Assembly: GCA_007125955.1 (NCBI GenBank)
Contig: SLCF01000025.1
Coordinates: forward strand, 8,105-72,104
From: Bacteroidales bacterium
GTDB lineage: Bacteria; Bacteroidota; Bacteroidia; Bacteroidales; PUMT01
Direction of reading: 5' to 3'
DNA length: 64,000 nt
The notes below the pieces were generated by a model. It saw nothing but the letters and a program-made list of their open reading frames with translations. It searched no databases and had not been told where the DNA came from. Below, piece after piece: positions 58,052 through 64,000 of the stretch; the stretch's first letter is position 1, and each line of letters begins with the position of its first letter. Position numbers and translations under genes: made by a program.

Positions 58052-60412
58052 ATGAACAAAGAAAAAAACAAGAAAAAACTTTATCTGAGGATGTTTTGGG
58101 CTTTATTCTCCCTGCCCTTCATTGTTGTACTGACGGTATTTTTTCTTATAACATCCGGAAGTCTTGGATTTATGCCCACTTTTGAAGACCTTGAGAATCC
58201 CGATAATAATATTGCATCCCAGATTTTTTCATCTGACGGGGAGCTTCTTGGGCACTATTATCTGCAGAACCGTGTTTACGTCGATTTTGACGAATTATCA
58301 CCAAATATAGTAAATGCCCTGATAGCAACTGAAGATATCAGATTCAGAAGGCATGCCGGGATAGATGCAAGAAGCATGGGAAGAGTTTTTGTAAAGAGTA
58401 TACTGATGGGCCAAAGCAGCTCAGGTGGAGGAAGCACCATTACCCAGCAGCTTGCAAGAAACCTTTTTCCCAGGGACACTACAATTTACAGTTTTGGTGC
58501 ATCCAGGAAGATAAATCTTGCTATCAACAAGTTCAAGGAATGGATCACTGCCGCCAATCTTGAAAGGAATTATACAAAAGATGAGCTGCTTGTGATGTAT
58601 CTTAATACAGTTGATTTCGGAAGCCATTCATACGGTATTAAGGCAGCAGCAAACACTTTCTTCAATACCACGCCCGACTCATTGAAGATTGAGGAGGCTG
58701 CCCTGCTGGTTGGGGTTTTAAAGGCACCCACCTGGTACAGTCCCGTAAGGAATCCTGAAAGATCTCTTGCCAGGAGGAATATAGTGTTGTCGCAGATGAG
58801 GAACTACGACTTTATATCACAGGAGGTGTTTGACTCCCTTTCCGCTTTGCCTCTTGAGCTTGATTACCTGGTTCAGGATCACAGTGAAGGACTGGCAACC
58901 CACTTCCGTGAGCATTTGAGGATAATGCTTACTGCAAGGGAGCCAATACGTGACAATTATGTTTCGCATGAACGTTTTGTAAGAGATTCTATTGAATGGG
59001 CCAATAACCCGATTTACGGATGGTGCAACAAAAATTTCAAACCCGATGGAACTCCCTATAACTTGTACAGGGATGGATTAAGGATCTATACTACTATCAA
59101 CTCGCAAATGCAGCATTATGCCGAGGAGGCTGTAAGAAAACACCTCGGGGAAACACTCCAGAAAGATTTCTGGAACAATTTGCAAAACAAAAGAAGAGCT
59201 CCGTTTTCAGATAATCTTACTGCCGAGCAGGTTGAACAGATAATGGAATCATCAATGCGCCGCACAGACCGTTACAGGAATATGCGGATTGAAGGAGTGT
59301 CTCACGATTCAATAGTAAAGGCGTTCAATACACCTGTTAATATGAGTGTTTTTTCATGGGAAGGAGAAATAGATACGGTGATGACCCCAAGGGATTCTAT
59401 CATGTACTACAAGTCTTTCCTGAGATCCGGGTTTATGGCGATGGAGCCTGCAAGCAGTCATATAAAAGCGTATGTTGGCAGTCCTGATATAAAACATTTC
59501 CAGTTTGACCACGTTTCACTGGGAGCCCGGCAGTCGGGGTCTCTCATAAAGCCATTCCTTTATACAATTGCAATGGAGGAGGGATATACACCATGCGACC
59601 TTGTGGCAAATGTTCCCCAGTCATTTATAGTTAACGATTCTGTATGGACTCCCACAAATGCCAGTCCGACTGATTATGACGGACAAATGGTGCCCCTGAA
59701 ATGGGGACTGGCCAACTCCATCAATAATGTTTCGGCATGGCTGATAAAACAATTCAATCCCCATACGGTAAAGGATTTGCTACGAAAAATGGGCGTAAAA
59801 AGCAATATTGATCCCGTGAAATCCATTTTCCTCGGAACTTCCGATATAACACTCAGGGAGATGGTTGCCGCTTTTGCAACCTATGCCAACAAGGGAGTGT
59901 ACAATGAACCGATGTTTGCCACCCGTATAGAAGACAGGCACGGGAATGTTCTGGCAGAGTTCCAGCCACGGATTGAAGAGGTTATAAGCGAACAGAGTGC
60001 CTATCTTATGATCAACCTGCTTCAGGCAGTGGTTGATGAAGGTACAGGAATAAGGCTCCGTGCAAGGTATCAGTTCAGTGGCCAGATGGGGGGAAAAACA
60101 GGAACAACCCAGAATCAGTCCGACGGCTGGTTCGTCGGGATCCTTCCCAAACTTGTTGGCGGAGTGTGGACTGGTGGAGAAGACCGCAGCATACATTTCG
60201 ACCATATAAGTCTCGGACAGGGCGCAAATATGGCTCTGCCGGTGTGGGCGTTATTTCTGGAACAGCTTTATGAAAACGAGGATATCGGGATTACAGAAGA
60301 AGACGAGTTTGAATCACCTCCCGGCTTCAATATAAACCTGGATTGTGGAGACTGGTCAATGCCCGACAGGACAAGGGACTACAATACCGATATGCTCGAA
60401 GGATATTATTGA
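58052..60412 (+). CDS. class A penicillin-binding protein (transglycosylase/transpeptidase, PBP1A-like)
   Basis: N-terminal TM, GT51 motifs (ATEDIRFRRHAGID; GGSTITQQL) and transpeptidase motifs (SGSLIKP = SxxK; GKTGTT = KTG). Confidence 0.9.
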   Translation: MNKEKNKKKLYLRMFWALFSLPFIVVLTVFFLITSGSLGFMPTFEDLENPDNNIASQIFSSDGELLGHYYLQNRVYVDFDELSPNIVNALIATEDIRFRRHAGIDARSMGRVFVKSILMGQSSSGGGSTITQQLARNLFPRDTTIYSFGASRKINLAINKFKEWITAANLERNYTKDELLVMYLNTVDFGSHSYGIKAAANTFFNTTPDSLKIEEAALLVGVLKAPTWYSPVRNPERSLARRNIVLSQMRNYDFISQEVFDSLSALPLELDYLVQDHSEGLATHFREHLRIMLTAREPIRDNYVSHERFVRDSIEWANNPIYGWCNKNFKPDGTPYNLYRDGLRIYTTINSQMQHYAEEAVRKHLGETLQKDFWNNLQNKRRAPFSDNLTAEQVEQIMESSMRRTDRYRNMRIEGVSHDSIVKAFNTPVNMSVFSWEGEIDTVMTPRDSIMYYKSFLRSGFMAMEPASSHIKAYVGSPDIKHFQFDHVSLGARQSGSLIKPFLYTIAMEEGYTPCDLVANVPQSFIVNDSVWTPTNASPTDYDGQMVPLKWGLANSINNVSAWLIKQFNPHTVKDLLRKMGVKSNIDPVKSIFLGTSDITLREMVAAFATYANKGVYNEPMFATRIEDRHGNVLAEFQPRIEEVISEQSAYLMINLLQAVVDEGTGIRLRARYQFSGQMGGKTGTTQNQSDGWFVGILPKLVGGVWTGGEDRSIHFDHISLGQGANMALPVWALFLEQLYENEDIGITEEDEFESPPGFNINLDCGDWSMPDRTRDYNTDMLEGYY

Positions 60413-60430
60413 TATCGCCTTGAAGCAGTT

Positions 60431-61804
60431 TCAGGAAGGATTTTTTTTGAAAAGCAGCCTGAAGAGCTCCTTAACACCGGATGCATAAGTTACATTCATT
60501 TTATACTTACCTGCATGAAATTTACCTTTGTGGTGAGAGGAAATGATGATTGTCCCGAAGCCTAGTTTTGCCGCCTCTCCTATTCTCTGTTCTATTCTTG
60601 AAACCGGTCTTATTTCACCGGAGAGTCCTACTTCACCTGCAAAACATATATCCGGAGAAACAGCAATATTAACATTGGATGACAAAACCGCCGCAATAAC
60701 ACTCATGTCGATAGCCGGGTCAGTCACTCTTATCCCTCCCGCTATATTAAGAAAAACGTCTTTTGCAGCAAGCCGGAAACCCGCCTGCTTTTCCAGAACG
60801 GCAAGCAACATTCCCAGTCTTCTCAGGTCAAATCCGGTAGCTGACCTTTGAGGGGTGCCGTAAGCGGCTGAGCTGACCAGCGCCTGTACTTCAATAAGGA
60901 AAGGTCTTATTCCGTCAATAGTAGCTGCAACGGCAGTTCCGCTGAGTTCTTCCCCCTTATGAGTTATCAGGATTTCTGACGGATTTTGTACCTCTTTTAA
61001 GCCGGCTTCGTGCATTTCAAATATTCCCAGCTCTGAGGTTGCACCGAAGCGGTTCTTAGAAGCTCTGAGTATTCTGTACATATGGTTGTGGTCGCCTTCA
61101 AACTGGAGAACAACATCAACTATATGTTCAAGGACTTTCGGACCGGCAATACTCCCCTCCTTGTTTATATGACCTATAAGAAAAACAGGTGTTGACGTTT
61201 CTTTTGCATATCTTAGCAAAGCTGCAGCACATTCCCTTACCTGCGAAACGCTTCCCGGTGATGATTCAATACTCTCTGTGTGTACTGTCTGGATAGAATC
61301 AATAATTACAACCGCTGGTGAGTTATGGTGAAGATGAGAAATAATATTTTCAAGTGAAGTTTCGCATAATATATAGCAATTTTCGCTAACCAGACCGATC
61401 CTGTCAGCCCTTAATCTTATCTGCCTGCTGCTCTCTTCACCCGAAATGTAAAACACCTTTGAGCCTCCAAGCTTCATTCCGACCTGAAGGGCAAGGGTTG
61501 ATTTACCTATTCCTGGTTCTCCCCCAAGCAGCACAACGGAACCCGGAACCAGCCCACCGCCAAGTATCCTGTTGAGTTCATTAAGTTTGGTATCAACTCT
61601 TTCTTCACTCTCAGTGCTAACCTCAGAGATAAGTTGAGGTTTCCGGGGCGGATCATTTCCATGTAAATCCTTTTTCTGATTATGTTTTACAACCACCTCC
61701 TCCACATAGGTGTTCCATTCGTTGCATGAAGGGCAGCGTCCGACCCATTTCGCGGAACTGGCACCGCAGTTCTGGCATGTAAAAATGATTTTCTTCTTTG
61801 CCAT
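60431..61804 (-). CDS. radA: DNA repair protein RadA
   Basis: N-terminal zinc finger CQNCG...CPSCNEWNT, Walker A GEPGIGKST, KNRFG motif and a Lon-like C-terminal domain. Confidence 0.95.
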   Translation of the reverse strand: MAKKKIIFTCQNCGASSAKWVGRCPSCNEWNTYVEEVVVKHNQKKDLHGNDPPRKPQLISEVSTESEERVDTKLNELNRILGGGLVPGSVVLLGGEPGIGKSTLALQVGMKLGGSKVFYISGEESSRQIRLRADRIGLVSENCYILCETSLENIISHLHHNSPAVVIIDSIQTVHTESIESSPGSVSQVRECAAALLRYAKETSTPVFLIGHINKEGSIAGPKVLEHIVDVVLQFEGDHNHMYRILRASKNRFGATSELGIFEMHEAGLKEVQNPSEILITHKGEELSGTAVAATIDGIRPFLIEVQALVSSAAYGTPQRSATGFDLRRLGMLLAVLEKQAGFRLAAKDVFLNIAGGIRVTDPAIDMSVIAAVLSSNVNIAVSPDICFAGEVGLSGEIRPVSRIEQRIGEAAKLGFGTIIISSHHKGKFHAGKYKMNVTYASGVKELFRLLFKKNPS

Positions 61805-61826
61805 GGCATTCAGTTTTTCCTGTTAT

Positions 61827-62879
61827 TCAGGTTTCCTTACCAATAATGAATGAACTTTCAGTGTCAGACCGTCCTGATAAAACTTCTTTACCAGACCGTT
61901 TTTGCTGAATAAATATCATTATTACCGAAAATGTTCCGAGGAGGATCATCAGTAGTGCCTGTGATTCATGGGTGATTGTGGCAAAGACTACACCCTCTTG
62001 CCTTGGAATATTGTAGAGGGTAAGCCCGAGCGATACAATCCAGTGGTAGGCTCCAATTCCTGCCTGGACAGGGGCAGACATACCCATTCCTCCGATAACC
62101 AGTAAAAAAAGTGCGTCTACAGGCCGAAGATGCGAAGTAAAGGGCAATGAGAAAAAAACTACCCAGGTCATCAGAAAATACATAAGCCAGATAAAAAGGG
62201 TGTGACCAATGAATTGCCATTTTTTTCTCATCCGGAACAGGGTTCTCATACCGCTCAGAATACCCCTGGCAGTACTGTCAATAAAGCTGAACATCCTGTT
62301 TTTCAAAAGCTTTTTTCTGATAAAAAAGAACAGAACGGCAATGATCAAAATAAAAAAAACAGCCGGAACCCATATGAGTGCTGAGAAACTTAGCCTGTCC
62401 AAAAAAGGGATAAAAAGTCTATCGGTTATGAATTCACCAAAAAAATCGATTTTAACTACAAAAACCACTGCCAGCAGTATTATAAGAATTATAACATCAA
62501 AAAACCGGTCGATTATGACAGTACCAAGCAGGGCATCAACCGGTACCCCGTCAGTTCTGTTCAGACTTCCGCACCTTGTAAGCTCACCTATCCGGGGCAG
62601 CAGAAAATTTGCAAGATATCCGCTCATCAGCGCATAAAAAGTATTTTTAAGTGAGGGTTTGTACCCCAGTGGCTCAATTAGAATTATCCAGCGCATGGCT
62701 CTGCTTACAAAAGCAAGGGCAGCAAAAAAAAGTGATAATAAAACCCATGAGTAATCAGCATTTTTTAATTCATGCACAAGGTCGCTTAAATGCACCTCAC
62801 GAAATGCGAGAAATAAAAAAAAGACTGCTACCGCCGTGAACAGCAGGATTTTTAATCCCGTTATCAGTTTTCTGCTCAA
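61827..62879 (-). CDS. flippase-like / lysylphosphatidylglycerol-synthase TM-domain family (UPF0104) membrane protein
   Basis: ~8 TM helices. Conserved N-terminal loop (RAMRWIILIEPLGYK..LANFLLPRIGELTRC) is typical of this family. Confidence 0.65.
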   Translation of the reverse strand: MSRKLITGLKILLFTAVAVFFLFLAFREVHLSDLVHELKNADYSWVLLSLFFAALAFVSRAMRWIILIEPLGYKPSLKNTFYALMSGYLANFLLPRIGELTRCGSLNRTDGVPVDALLGTVIIDRFFDVIILIILLAVVFVVKIDFFGEFITDRLFIPFLDRLSFSALIWVPAVFFILIIAVLFFFIRKKLLKNRMFSFIDSTARGILSGMRTLFRMRKKWQFIGHTLFIWLMYFLMTWVVFFSLPFTSHLRPVDALFLLVIGGMGMSAPVQAGIGAYHWIVSLGLTLYNIPRQEGVVFATITHESQALLMILLGTFSVIMIFIQQKRSGKEVLSGRSDTESSFIIGKET

Positions 62880-62882
62880 AAT

Positions 62883-63236
62883 TCAGGATATGATTTTATT
62901 TGTTGCAGTATCGGGGAATATAATAGCTGGTTTGAAATTTTTTGCTTTTTCCTGTTCCATTGATGCGTATGATATGACAATAATAACGTCACCAACTACA
63001 ACCTTACGTGCAGCCGGCCCGTTCATAACTACTTCACCCGACCCTCTTTTCCCTTTAATAACGTATGTTTCAAGCCTTTCACCGTTGTTCAGGTTCACAA
63101 CCTGTACTTTTTCATTTTCAATTATATTGGAGGCATCCATCAAATCCTCGTCCAGTGTGATGCTTCCGACATAATGGAGATCGGCTTCAGTAACCGTTAT
63201 TTTGTGGATTTTAGATTTTACCACTTCAATCAGCAT
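62883..63236 (-). CDS. panD: aspartate 1-decarboxylase
   Basis: [23 protein letters not shown] contains the Gly-Ser self-cleavage site. 117 aa. Confidence 0.95.
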   Translation of the reverse strand: MLIEVVKSKIHKITVTEADLHYVGSITLDEDLMDASNIIENEKVQVVNLNNGERLETYVIKGKRGSGEVVMNGPAARKVVVGDVIIVISYASMEQEKAKNFKPAIIFPDTATNKIIS

Positions 63237-63251
63237 AACAAAAAAATTAGT

Positions 63252-64000
63252 TTAAAAAACCATATTGTCAATCAGTCTCACCTCTCCTGCCTTAACGGCT
63301 ATGCACCCAACCAGTCCGTTTTCAGAAGCCTCCCGGTAAACTGCCGGCTGAAGGGTTTCCCCGTCTGCAATTTCAAAATATTCAACTTCCAAACCGGGGG
63401 TATCGTTTATTTTACGGCAAACCCGTTCTTTTAATTCTTGAACCGTAAGACCGGTTTTTTTTGAAGCTTCTTTCAGAACCTCAGATATAACAGCTGCATT
63501 TCTTCTTTGTTCATCAGTCAGCAATGCATTCCTCGAGCTCATTGCAAGTCCGTCTTTTTCCCTGACTGTAGGGCAAGGAACAATTTTTGTGTTAAAATTG
63601 AGATTTTTTACCAGGTGTTTTATTATTGCAAGCTGCTGATAATCCTTTTCCCCGAAATAAGCGCGGTCAGCATCGGTTATCTGGAGCAGTCTGCTTACTA
63701 TTTTGGCAACCCCATTGAAATGTGTGGGTCTGAAATGCCCTTCCATTCTTTTATCAAGGCTTCCGAAATTAAAAACTCTTTCGTCGGGAACCGGATACAT
63801 CTCTTTTGCATCAGGGATGAAAATGCAGTTAACTGAATGCTTTTTGAGTATTTCCAGGTCTTTATCCGTATTTCGCGGATATTTTAGCAAGTCGCTCTTG
63901 TTGTTGAACTGAAGCGGGTTGATAAATATGCTTAATATGGTAGTATCGTTTTCTTCCCGGCATTTTTTCACAAGGGCAATATGCCCCCCGTGCAGGGCAC
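63252..64000 (-). CDS. panC: pantoate--beta-alanine ligase (5' end lies outside the window)
   Basis: The tracked ORF begins at an internal GTG (63971). The frame stays open to the window edge, reading ..ALHGGHIALVKKC, which contains the HxGH motif. The C-terminal part is typical PanC. Confidence 0.9.
   Translation of the reverse strand, partial: ALHGGHIALVKKCREENDTTILSIFINPLQFNNKSDLLKYPRNTDKDLEILKKHSVNCIFIPDAKEMYPVPDERVFNFGSLDKRMEGHFRPTHFNGVAKIVSRLLQITDADRAYFGEKDYQQLAIIKHLVKNLNFNTKIVPCPTVREKDGLAMSSRNALLTDEQRRNAAVISEVLKEASKKTGLTVQELKERVCRKINDTPGLEVEYFEIADGETLQPAVYREASENGLVGCIAVKAGEVRLIDNMVF

Noticed and set aside
1-64000. Scan for mobile elements, toxin-antitoxin, restriction-modification or other defence-type genes, and for tRNA/rRNA
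   Set aside because: No integrase, transposase, nuclease/methylase pair, terminal inverted repeats or tRNA-like sequences were recognised. The window reads as core chromosome.

Overview
This is a dense Bacteroidota chromosomal segment of about 50 protein-coding genes. The phylum call rests on gliding/T9SS genes, a UpxY-type antiterminator and many TAnnTTTG -7 promoter boxes. I found no rRNA, tRNA, CRISPR array, integrase/transposase or recognisable defence genes. All family calls come from reading motifs in the supplied translations; no database search was possible.

Most genes are housekeeping: ribE, zupT, metK, asnS, rpoN, rbfA, trpS, sdaA, a fabH-like gene, topA, a class A PBP, radA, panD and panC.

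Four cell-surface loci are embedded among them:
- An export-only polysaccharide locus at 2.9-9.6 kb: wza-like, wzc-like, upxY-like and wzi-like genes, plus a divergent atypical sugar transferase.
- A 1321-aa SprB-repeat adhesin at 18.5-24.3 kb. It has a type-B T9SS C-terminal domain, four near-identical 225-bp tandem repeats, and an adjacent PorP/SprF gene and lipoprotein gene.
- An uncharacterised same-strand block at 34.0-43.4 kb: a TM-anchored beta-propeller protein, an acidic lipoprotein, a beta-barrel with a PorP/SprF-like N-terminal motif, a DUF4834-like gene and a YfhO-like gene.
- The complete porP-gldK-gldL-gldM-gldN T9SS core operon at 48.0-54.0 kb, followed by an arginase-fold protein that appears to have lost its metal ligands.

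The best candidate for something undescribed is the 34.0-40.5 kb three-gene envelope module. Its function is inference only.
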